From NCBI GenBank assembly GCA_963714395.1, contig CAVQOO010000068.1:18728-82727 (forward strand): a stretch of DNA of 64,000 nucleotides, given 5' to 3'. This DNA comes from Bryobacteraceae bacterium. Its GTDB lineage: Bacteria; Acidobacteriota; Terriglobia; Bryobacterales; Bryobacteraceae. A program made the translations under genes and the position numbers. The notes under the pieces are model-generated. The model ran no database searches. It was not told where the DNA came from and worked only from the letters and a program-made list of their open reading frames with translations. The first letter of the stretch is position 1, and every line of letters starts with the position of its first letter. Shown one piece after another: positions 31,100-39,169 of this stretch.

Positions 31100-32902
31100 A
31101 TGCAGATGTATGTCTACGCGGGCCTGGCCCTATTAGGGCTGGTGCTGCTCGCTGTATTGAGCAAAGTGTTGTTTGGCTGGGTTCTCATCCGGGAGGACCA
31201 GGTCGGCCACGTGGTTCGGAAGTTCGGCGCGAAGGATCTGCCGCAGGGGCGGATTGTCGCCCTGGAGGGTGAGGCCGGTTATCAGGCGCGTACACTCGCT
31301 CCCGGCGTCCATTTCTGGTATTGGCCGTGGATGTTCAAGGTCGACCGGAAACCAATAGTGGTGGTGAAGCCGGGACAGATTGGCCTGGTGGTGGCCAAGG
31401 ACGGCGACGCGCTGCCGCAGGACAGGATTCTCGCTCGCCGCGTCGATTGCGGGAACTTCCAGGACGCGGAACAATTCCTGCGAAACGGGGGCCAAAAAGG
31501 CAAGCAGAGCGCGGTGCTGACCACCGGAATGTATCGCATCAATCAGGTGCTGTTTGAGATTTTCACCGCCGATGTGACTTCGGTGCCTCACAACAAAGTG
31601 GGCATCCTGACGGCCAGGGACGGCGCTCCCATGCCGGCAGGCCAGATGGCGGCCCCGGTGGTGGGAGGCCATTCGAACTTCCAGGATCCGGAAGCCTTTC
31701 TGCACAATGGCGGATACCGCGGTTTGCAGGAGCAAATCGTGCTGGCCGGCCAGTACAATCTGAATCCGTGGTTCGTCGACGCCGAACTGGAGGAACTGTA
31801 TGAGGTCCCGATCGGGCACGTCGGCGTTGTGGTGAGCTTCGTGGGCAGCGACGAGAAGGACATTTCCGGCGAGTCCTTCACCCACGGCAACATCGTCCCG
31901 CGGGGAGGCAAGGGTGTCTGGAGCGAGCCGCTGTATCCCGGCAAGCATCCGCTGAACCTGCGCTGCATGCGCGTTGAACTGGTACCGACCACGAACATCG
32001 TGCTCAACTGGGCAGACGCCCGAAGCGAGGCGCACAAGCTGGATGAAAAGCTGTCGACGATCACAGTCCGTTCGCGCGACGGCTTCACGTTCAATCTCGA
32101 CGTCAGCCAGATCATCAACATCGGTGCAACCAAGGCGCCATGGGTAATCAGCCGAGTGGGCAGCGTTCGCAACCTGGTGAATCAGGTGCTGGAGCCGCTG
32201 GTGGGCAACTACTTTCGCAACAGCGCGCAGAACTACACGGTGCTCGACTTTCTGTCGGCGCGCAGCGACCGGCAGCGGGAAGCGCGGGAGCACATCAGCC
32301 GGGCGATTCTCGAATACGACGTTCAAAGCGTCGATTCCCTGATCGGCGACATCACACCGCCTGCGGCACTGATGGACACGCTGACCGCGCGCAAACTTGC
32401 GGAGGAACAGAAGAAGACGTTTGAGGTGGAGCGGGAAGCTCAGGAGAGCCGCAAGACGCTGGAAGCGGAGAAGGCGCTGGCCGAAAAGCAGCGCGAACTG
32501 GTCAACGAGGAACAGAATGTGATGATCGCGCAGCGCAAGGCGCAAGCAGCGGTGCGCCATGCCGAAGGCGATTCCTCGGCGATGTCGATCCGCGCCAACG
32601 GCGAGGCGGAGGCCATTCGCCGCCGGGGTACGGCCGAGGCGGAGATCTCGGCCATCAAGGGCGAGAACGAGGGCCGGGCGATTCAGGCTGTCGGTTTGGC
32701 CCGTGCGGAGGCGGCGCGCAAGGGCGTCGAGGCGATGGGCGAGTACTATGGGCTGCTGCAGATTTTCCAATCGCTGGCCGAAAAAGGCATCCGGCTGACT
32801 CCGGATGTCATGGTGGGCGGCACACAGCCAGCGGCATCGGATGCCGTGCTGGCGTTGCTGGCGGCGCAGATGAGCAAAGCGACGCAGCCGAAGCACGATT
32901 GA
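31100..32902 (+). CDS. flotillin-like SPFH/Band-7 membrane protein (YqiK/FloA-like)
   Basis: 600-aa intact ORF preceded by an RBS (caggag). N-terminal TM helix (LALLGLVLLAVL). SPFH region. Long Ala/Glu/Arg/Lys coiled-coil tail (LAEEQKKTFEVEREAQESRKTLEAEKALAEKQRELV...) typical of flotillins. Confidence 0.8.
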   Translation: MQMYVYAGLALLGLVLLAVLSKVLFGWVLIREDQVGHVVRKFGAKDLPQGRIVALEGEAGYQARTLAPGVHFWYWPWMFKVDRKPIVVVKPGQIGLVVAKDGDALPQDRILARRVDCGNFQDAEQFLRNGGQKGKQSAVLTTGMYRINQVLFEIFTADVTSVPHNKVGILTARDGAPMPAGQMAAPVVGGHSNFQDPEAFLHNGGYRGLQEQIVLAGQYNLNPWFVDAELEELYEVPIGHVGVVVSFVGSDEKDISGESFTHGNIVPRGGKGVWSEPLYPGKHPLNLRCMRVELVPTTNIVLNWADARSEAHKLDEKLSTITVRSRDGFTFNLDVSQIINIGATKAPWVISRVGSVRNLVNQVLEPLVGNYFRNSAQNYTVLDFLSARSDRQREAREHISRAILEYDVQSVDSLIGDITPPAALMDTLTARKLAEEQKKTFEVEREAQESRKTLEAEKALAEKQRELVNEEQNVMIAQRKAQAAVRHAEGDSSAMSIRANGEAEAIRRRGTAEAEISAIKGENEGRAIQAVGLARAEAARKGVEAMGEYYGLLQIFQSLAEKGIRLTPDVMVGGTQPAASDAVLALLAAQMSKATQPKHD

Positions 32903-32932
32903 GCCGGTTTCACCGACGGGCGCTCTAAGCCT

Positions 32933-34378
32933 GTGCTAATTTTGAAGTTTGGCTCCGCTCACGAGGCGGTTTTCGTGCAGGTATTTCTACAAGGCAAAAT
33001 CCTGGGCGCCGACGGGTTTGTCGAGGCCCACGGAAGTGATCTTCAACAACTCGGCGGGAGTTGTCTCTATATTTCCCTGCTGAGCGAGGCGGTTCCGCGC
33101 GGCCTCCTGGACGCGCTTAAACTGTCGCCGGAGCTGCTGGGCTCCAGCGGCGGCGGCCAGTTTCTTGTCCTGCTGCCAGGCGAAATCCTCGCCGAGGCCA
33201 ATGCCTACCTGACTGAAGCGACGCGACGGCTCGCGGCGTTCTCCGGCAGGCGTTTGAGGCTGGTTTGGGCCTCGACGGAGAACCTGGGAGTATGGAGCGA
33301 CGTCCGGCGCCGTCTCGACGGCGAGATGGTCCATTGGAGCGGCCTGAACGCATTGGAGCCGGACGGATTGTTCGATCCTTTCGTTGACTCACTGCAGGGC
33401 GGCGAGTGGATGGGCAGCTTGTTCGAGAGTCTGCCGGACTCGGCCGCGGCGGTGCTCGATTTCGCAGAACCCGGCTTGCTGCGGCGCGCAGGCGATCCGC
33501 ACGCCGTGGCGACGCACCGGGCATTGAACGATGCCGGGGATGCGCCTGCCACGCTGAAGGACCTGGCCGAACGAGCGCAAGGGCGCAGCGCCTGGGGGAT
33601 TCTGCGAGGCGAAATCGACCAGTATGAGTCGCGGCTGCGGCAGGCACAGAGCGTCGAGGAGTACATGCCGCTGACGGCTTTCTTCAAGCCGTTTTTCACC
33701 GGAGAAGTTCAGGTTCTGTGCATGCAGGGCGCATTCTGGCGGAAGGTGACGGTGCTATCAGCCGGCGGCAACGGCTTTGCGGTGGCCGGTTCGTGGGACG
33801 CGCTGATCGAGTTTGCGCGGGAAATGCAGCGGTTGTATCACCGGACGGCGGAGGAAGTGCTGCGCGAGCAGGCTGGTCCGGAGGCGAAAACGCTCTCGAT
33901 GGGACTCGCCCTGGCCGCGACGGCGGATTCGGCCCCCGCGCCGGTGTGGGTAGAGGCAGGACGTCAATTGAGCGTGGCAAAGTCATCTTCTCGGGACTCT
34001 ATCTCGGTATTTGGCCGTGTTGTGGATTCAAAACAGCTCGCCGAAGCCTCGGATTTGAAGAACCTGATGGTTCGCCTGGTGGACGAGTTTGGGGCAAGCC
34101 CGCAATTCCTCGGGGAGTTGGGAGCGTTTTACCGCGAAACCGACCGGGTTCTGCCGGCACGCAACCAGCAGCGGCAGGCCGATGCGCAGCAGCGTCCTTG
34201 GCGGCTGCATCGCCGGTTGAACCGCGTGCTTGACTCGGAAGGTCGCCACCGTGATTTTCAAAAGGCTCGCGCCGCAGTGCAGGCAGCGTTCCTCACGCGC
34301 GGGCAGGGACAATTGAAGCTGAGGCCCTCCGGCCGCGTCGCCCTGGAATGGGCGCGGCTGGCCAAAGAGGCGGAATAA
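32933..34378 (+). CDS. Cas10-like large subunit (two degenerate palm/cyclase-like domains, no HD domain)
   Basis: GTG start 30 nt after the flotillin stop. ...LLGSSGGGQFLVLLPGE... (near 33140-33185) and ...LSAGGNGFAVAGSWDALIEFAREMQRLYH...TLSMGLALAA (near 33756-33900) mirror the Cas10 GGDD segment (GGDDllv.g.wd.v.ela..i...f...TiSaGi), with GGDD replaced by GGGQ and GGNG. Size of 481 aa. Position at the head of a csm2-3-4-5-like operon. Confidence 0.5.
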   Translation: MLILKFGSAHEAVFVQVFLQGKILGADGFVEAHGSDLQQLGGSCLYISLLSEAVPRGLLDALKLSPELLGSSGGGQFLVLLPGEILAEANAYLTEATRRLAAFSGRRLRLVWASTENLGVWSDVRRRLDGEMVHWSGLNALEPDGLFDPFVDSLQGGEWMGSLFESLPDSAAAVLDFAEPGLLRRAGDPHAVATHRALNDAGDAPATLKDLAERAQGRSAWGILRGEIDQYESRLRQAQSVEEYMPLTAFFKPFFTGEVQVLCMQGAFWRKVTVLSAGGNGFAVAGSWDALIEFAREMQRLYHRTAEEVLREQAGPEAKTLSMGLALAATADSAPAPVWVEAGRQLSVAKSSSRDSISVFGRVVDSKQLAEASDLKNLMVRLVDEFGASPQFLGELGAFYRETDRVLPARNQQRQADAQQRPWRLHRRLNRVLDSEGRHRDFQKARAAVQAAFLTRGQGQLKLRPSGRVALEWARLAKEAE

Positions 34379-34380
34379 TA

Positions 34381-35130
34381 ATGAGCGAAATCGAAGAGCA
34401 GAACCAGAATCTTCCGGAAGAAAATCCGGAACCCAGGCCGGAGCCGGCAGTGGAAGCTCCTCAGGCCGCCGAAGCGCCTGCTGCTGAGGCTCCAGTTGCC
34501 GAGGTTTCGCCGGCGGCATCGCCCGCGGAAGCTCCGGCTGCCGCCGCCGCACCGGCGGCAGGCGAACCTAGGCCGGAGCGTCCTCCCCGCGGCGAAAGAA
34601 GCGATCGCGGACCGCGCCCGGAACGAGGACCTCGCCCTGAGCGCGGTCCCAAGCCTGAACGCAGCGAGCAGCGCCCCGAGCAACGTGGCGGCGAACGTCC
34701 AGGCGGCGGCGACCGCGGTGGAGACCGAGGCAGACCTCCGCTTCGGGGCCGGGAAGGTCCGCGCCCCGGCGGACGCCCGCCCGAGCTGATGCTGGACATC
34801 GATCTCGAAAAGCTGATTCACGACAGCCTCTATCTGGACAACCAGGCCCACACCGTCGTGGTTCGCATGCGCGACATGGACTCGGGCACCCGCAGCCAGC
34901 TTCGCCGGCTGTTCAGCGCCACCCGCCGCGCCTGCCGCGCGGTCGAGTCCGAACGGCAGCACCACTTTGTGATGCTGCGGGCACGCCTGGCCTATACGAT
35001 TGCGCGCCATCAGTTGCGCAGCCTCGATCCGCTGGAAAAGCTTCTGCTCCAGGTCACGCGAAAGAATGACCCGCGCGGCTACGAGCGTTTCCGCGATCTC
35101 TTCGAGGCCATTGTGGCCTACAACGAGTAA
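34381..35130 (+). CDS. Cas11/Csm2-like small subunit candidate with a roughly 130-aa low-complexity Pro/Glu/Arg/Ala-rich N-terminal extension
   Basis: ATG immediately after the cas10-like stop. The N-terminus is repetitive (PERGPRPERGPKPE..., GGDRGGDRGRP). The C-terminal ~110 aa look alpha-helical (LEKLIHDSLYLDNQAHTVVVRMRDM...LRARLAYTIARHQLRSLDPLEKLLLQV...FRDLFEAIVAYNE) at the position where csm2 sits in III-A operons. Confidence 0.4.
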   Translation: MSEIEEQNQNLPEENPEPRPEPAVEAPQAAEAPAAEAPVAEVSPAASPAEAPAAAAAPAAGEPRPERPPRGERSDRGPRPERGPRPERGPKPERSEQRPEQRGGERPGGGDRGGDRGRPPLRGREGPRPGGRPPELMLDIDLEKLIHDSLYLDNQAHTVVVRMRDMDSGTRSQLRRLFSATRRACRAVESERQHHFVMLRARLAYTIARHQLRSLDPLEKLLLQVTRKNDPRGYERFRDLFEAIVAYNE

Positions 35131-35155
35131 GGGCCCAAACGAGGAAGGAGAATCC

Positions 35156-35989
35156 ATGAGTTCCCATACCGCCGATACGAAGCTCGGCCTGATCGGCAAG
35201 CTCCTGCTCGATGGCGAGCTGATTTGCGACACCGGCCTGCACATCGGTGCGGGCAAAGGCTCGCTCGATTTGGGCGGAGCCGACAATCCGGTCGTCAAGG
35301 ACGCTTTCGGGCGTCCCTACGTCCCTGGCAGTTCACTGCGGGGGCGCATCCGGGCGCTGCTCGAGCAGGCGCACGGCCACGCTGTCGCCTCCGATCTGGT
35401 CTACTTGTCGCGCCGCCGCGGACAGGAAGTCCGAATTCATCAGAGCGACGATCCGGGTGACGAAATCTGCCTGCTTTTCGGGCGCAATCCGGGCCGCATG
35501 GAGCGCGTTTCCGGAGATGCGCTGGAGCCCTCGTCGGCGACGCCAGCGAGGCTCACCGCCTATGACGCTCCGCTGGAGCTGGACTCGATTACAGTGCAGA
35601 TGCGCGAGAATCTCGACGACGAACTGACTGAGGTGAAGAGCGAAAACTCCATCGACAGGCTGACCGCGCAGGCTCTGGCACGCACATTGGAGCGCGTCCC
35701 GGCGGGGGCGAGGTTCCGGGTTCGGTTCGTGATCGACATCCTGTGCGCGGAGGACCGCGAACTGGTGTCGCCATTCGTGGCGGGCATTCGATTGCTGGAA
35801 GACGATTCGCTCGGGGGAGGCGGTTCCAGAGGCAGCGGCCGAGTGCGCTTCACGTCGTGGAAGGTCTCCTGGCGGAACAAGTCCTACTACACAGCCGCCG
35901 GCGCCGAGGCGACACTGGCCTCGGCCGGCACGACAGCCGAACTGCAAGCCGCGGTCGCCGATCAGGAATTCTCCGGACGCCTGGCCTAA
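35156..35989 (+). CDS. Cas7-group RAMP, Csm3-like backbone subunit
   Basis: RBS ggaaggag before the ATG. ...CDTGLHIGAGKGSLDLGGADNPVVKDAFGRPYVPGSSLRGRIRALLE... matches the Csm3 N-terminal signature, including the catalytic-loop Asp in G.DNP..KD and the PxxPGSSxKG motif. The C-terminal glycine-rich loop is LGGGGSRGSGRV. Confidence 0.7.
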   Translation: MSSHTADTKLGLIGKLLLDGELICDTGLHIGAGKGSLDLGGADNPVVKDAFGRPYVPGSSLRGRIRALLEQAHGHAVASDLVYLSRRRGQEVRIHQSDDPGDEICLLFGRNPGRMERVSGDALEPSSATPARLTAYDAPLELDSITVQMRENLDDELTEVKSENSIDRLTAQALARTLERVPAGARFRVRFVIDILCAEDRELVSPFVAGIRLLEDDSLGGGGSRGSGRVRFTSWKVSWRNKSYYTAAGAEATLASAGTTAELQAAVADQEFSGRLA

Positions 35990-37011
35990 TGAACCCCGCC
36001 CTGCTCGTTCGTCTCCGGCCCCTCACGCCGTGGCGCATCGGGAGCGATTCCGGCGCCCGCGAGCAGGCGTCCGCCGTGTATTCCAGCGACACTCTATTCT
36101 CGGCAGTATCCGGGGCATTCCAGCAGCTTGGCTGGCTCGAGGAGTGGCTCGGGGCCACAGTGCGGGGGGTCGAAGATCCCGCCGTGCGATTGACCAGTGC
36201 CTTTCCGTTCCAAAAGGGACTCCTGTATCTGCCGCCTCCCTCGGGGTTGTGGCCGCCGCCCGGAGAAAGCCGTGTGCGCTGGAAGGGCGCCCAACTGCTG
36301 CCCGCGCCGGTCCTGGCCGGACTGCTGCGCGGAGAGATGCCTGGCGAAGAAGAGTGGACCATTGATGGCCAGAGCGCTTGTCTCGTGCCCTCGCGACAAC
36401 GAGGGGCGGCCGGTCCGTATCGATTCCTGCGCCGCTCCCATGCGGCAGTCGACCGGCTTACCGGCGGCATCGCGGAGCCTTATTCCGTCGCTTGCACACA
36501 GTTCGCGCCTGAGGCGGGACTCTGGTGTGCCGCGGAGTTCTCTTCCCACACGGCATATGCGATCTGGTCGCCCAAACTACAGGCGGCGTTCCGGCTATTG
36601 GCCGACTCCGGACTCGGCGGCCTGCGGAGTCGCGGCTTTGGCCGTTCGCGGACCCCACTCTTCCAGGCGGGTACGCTTGCGGAATTGATCTTCGGGGCCG
36701 CGGCGCCAGTGTCTGCCGCCGCGCCTGCCGCATGGTGGCTCCTTTCGCTCTTCTCGCCTGCCGGTGACGACGCGGTCCATTGGGAACGGGGCAGTTACGA
36801 TCTCGTGACCCGCACCGGCCGCGCTGTTGACGGACGGCTGAAGCTGTCGACTCGCATGGTCCGCGAGGGAGGCGTCCTGGTTTCGGATAAGCCCTTGCGA
36901 GGCACGGCGCTCAATGCCGCTCCGCCCGAAGCGCCCCATCCATTGTGGCGCGCGGGTTTCGCCGTCGCCCTGCCGATCGCATGGTCCGGCGCTGGAAGGG
37001 GGGTGGCATGA
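35989..37011 (+). CDS. Cas5-group RAMP, Csm4-like subunit
   Basis: Start overlaps the csm3-like stop (TAATG). N-terminal ...PWRIGSDSGA...YSSDTLFSAVSGAF is Csm4-like. Glycine-rich loop GLGGLRSRGFGRS. Position after csm3 matches the III-A order. Confidence 0.6.
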   Translation: MNPALLVRLRPLTPWRIGSDSGAREQASAVYSSDTLFSAVSGAFQQLGWLEEWLGATVRGVEDPAVRLTSAFPFQKGLLYLPPPSGLWPPPGESRVRWKGAQLLPAPVLAGLLRGEMPGEEEWTIDGQSACLVPSRQRGAAGPYRFLRRSHAAVDRLTGGIAEPYSVACTQFAPEAGLWCAAEFSSHTAYAIWSPKLQAAFRLLADSGLGGLRSRGFGRSRTPLFQAGTLAELIFGAAAPVSAAAPAAWWLLSLFSPAGDDAVHWERGSYDLVTRTGRAVDGRLKLSTRMVREGGVLVSDKPLRGTALNAAPPEAPHPLWRAGFAVALPIAWSGAGRGVA

Positions 37012-38174
37012 CGCGCTACCGTCTCACAGTCTTGACGCCGATGCTGATCGGCGACGGCCAGAGATTGGCCCCGATCGATTACATGGTCTGGAAAGACCAG
37101 GTCAATGTGCTCGACCAGAAGAAGATCTTCCGGCTCCTGGCTAAAAGTCCGCGGCTGGACAGCTACCTGTCCCAAATCCGCCGGGCCGACAAGCTGGACT
37201 TCAACTCCTGGGGCGGCTACGCCCAGAACTATGCGCTGCGCCGCATTCCGCTCGAGTCCCCGGCCCTGGGCCGCGTGTTTGAGCGCACTCTGCCGGAGCA
37301 CCTCTTTCTGCCGACTTTCGCCACCACTCCCTCCGGGAGCCTCCATATCCCGGCCACCGCAATCAAAGGAGCGTTGAGGACAGCGCTGCTGACGCAACGG
37401 GCGACGAACTCCCATTGGGCACAGTTCTCTGAACGGTTGGAAGCCGCCGAACGGGCGCCCAGAAGTCCCGGCGAGATCCTGGAAGCGGCCGTTTTGGGTT
37501 CACAGGGGCAAGCCCGCACTCGGGGGTTCCTGCTGGCCGACTCGGAGCCGCGCCCCGCGGGCGGGCTGACTCGAATCTACCTGACCCGCACGGCCACCCT
37601 CGTCGATCGCGGCGGACGACTCGAACTTGGCTGGAAAACCGCGCCTCGCGGCACGCTGGACGGTAAGCGCGCCGCTGACGCAACGCCAGTCCTGGCTGAA
37701 ATGGCCATTCCGGGGAGTGTGTTCGAAGGCTCGTTCTCCGAGGCGCCATTTTTCCGCCGGACAGAGACCCTGCGCGCCCTGAACTGGAAGGAATCCCCCG
37801 GGGCGCTCCGCTATGCGGAAGCCTCAAACGCATGGGCCGCACGCTGTCTCGCCGCTCAAAGGATCTGGGCCGAGAAGGCCGCGATTCCGGCCGTCATCCG
37901 TTCACTCGATACCCTGGAAGCACGCCGCAAGGATCTGGAAGCCTCGCGCACTGGCTGCCTGGTCTGCTTGGGGTGGGGGACTGGCTATCTGCCCAAGGCC
38001 GCCGATCCGAATCCGGAAGATGAGGTCAAGGACAAAGTTCTGCGCTCGCTTCCGGTGATCGCGTCGGCCATTCGTACTGGCTTGCCCTTTCCCAAGACGA
38101 GGCGGATCGTATTCAGCGCCGATCAGCCGGCGACGCTGCCAGGCTGGGCGGCAATTCAGTTCGAACTCTCTTGA
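37008..38174 (+). CDS. Cas7-group RAMP, Csm5-like subunit
   Basis: ATGA overlap with the preceding gene. ...PSGSLHIPATAIKGALRTALLTQ matches the Csm5 P.IPGSS.KGalRt motif. Glycine-rich loop CLGWGTGY. Confidence 0.6.
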   Translation: MTRYRLTVLTPMLIGDGQRLAPIDYMVWKDQVNVLDQKKIFRLLAKSPRLDSYLSQIRRADKLDFNSWGGYAQNYALRRIPLESPALGRVFERTLPEHLFLPTFATTPSGSLHIPATAIKGALRTALLTQRATNSHWAQFSERLEAAERAPRSPGEILEAAVLGSQGQARTRGFLLADSEPRPAGGLTRIYLTRTATLVDRGGRLELGWKTAPRGTLDGKRAADATPVLAEMAIPGSVFEGSFSEAPFFRRTETLRALNWKESPGALRYAEASNAWAARCLAAQRIWAEKAAIPAVIRSLDTLEARRKDLEASRTGCLVCLGWGTGYLPKAADPNPEDEVKDKVLRSLPVIASAIRTGLPFPKTRRIVFSADQPATLPGWAAIQFELS

Positions 38175-38263
38175 AACACAGCGGAAAGCCCGATCATAGT
38201 AGTCTAGAAGGATAGTGAAGGGACACCAGTCCTTTCTTGTGGGCGGCTGTCAGCGTACCCAAC

Positions 38264-39169
38264 ATGTACAACGCTTTTTTCGGCTTTCGGGAAAATCCAT
38301 TCAACCTCAGCCCGGATCCCGCGTTCCTCTATCGAAGTCCGCAGCACGATGAGGCTCTCGCGAACCTGATCTACGGCGTTCACAGCCGGAAGGGGTTCAT
38401 TGTCCTGACCGGCGAGGTGGGTACAGGCAAGACCACTATGCTCGAGTGTCTCCGGGACTATCTGGAGGCCCAGTATATTGAGTTCGCCTTCATCTTCAAC
38501 TCCAGGATTTCGTCGGACCAGTTTTTCGAGATGATCGCCTACGATCTCGATCTCCGCTGCTCGCACAAGTCCAAGACAGAAGTCCTCTTTGCCCTCAATC
38601 ACCTACTGATCCAGCAGGCCAATCAAGGGCGCACCACGGTGCTAATCGTCGACGAAGCCCATAACCTCGAGTGGGATGTACTCGAGGAGATCCGGCTCCT
38701 GGGAAACCTGGAGAATCCGCGCCTCGGCAAACTCCTGCAGATAGTACTTGCCGGTCAGCCCGAGCTTGACCGGAAACTCGATGCCCCGAACCTCCGGCAG
38801 CTCAAGCAGCGCATCGTGCTCAGGTGTTCTCTATCTCCGTTCCAGCCGTCCGACACCGAAGCCTACATTCGAGCCCGGCTCGACAAGGCGGGCATGCCCG
38901 ATCAGAGCGTGTTTTCGGCTCCATTGATACGGGAGATTCACACGCGAAGTCAGGGGATTCCCCGCATTATCAATGCGCTCTGCGACAACATGCTCCTGAC
39001 GTGCTTCGCTCTGGAACGACGCGATGCCTCGGCTGAAATGCTCGAGGAGATCTGCAGGGACATGCGGCTCGAGTGGCCGGGGATGCCGCAAGTTCGTGGC
39101 GCACGAGGCGGATCGGATCGGCCCGGGTCTGTGGACACGACCGCTTCGCTGTCTTCTCACATGGACTGA
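38264..39169 (+). CDS. ExeA/GspA-like AAA+ ATPase (PEP-CTERM-locus ATPase-like family)
   Basis: MYNAFFGFRENPFNLSPDPAFLYRSPQHDEALANLIYGVHSRKGFIVLTGEVGTGKTTMLECL closely follows the ExeA N-terminal pattern and Walker A. Walker B is VLIVDEAHNL. Intact 301-aa ORF, 90 nt downstream of the csm5-like gene. Confidence 0.8.
   Translation: MYNAFFGFRENPFNLSPDPAFLYRSPQHDEALANLIYGVHSRKGFIVLTGEVGTGKTTMLECLRDYLEAQYIEFAFIFNSRISSDQFFEMIAYDLDLRCSHKSKTEVLFALNHLLIQQANQGRTTVLIVDEAHNLEWDVLEEIRLLGNLENPRLGKLLQIVLAGQPELDRKLDAPNLRQLKQRIVLRCSLSPFQPSDTEAYIRARLDKAGMPDQSVFSAPLIREIHTRSQGIPRIINALCDNMLLTCFALERRDASAEMLEEICRDMRLEWPGMPQVRGARGGSDRPGSVDTTASLSSHMD

Noticed and set aside
34461-34799. Minus-strand ORF full of SPRSGRGP repeats
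   Set aside because: It is the mirror image of the low-complexity N-terminus of the Csm2-like gene. The sense-strand frame has the start context and the coupled operon structure.
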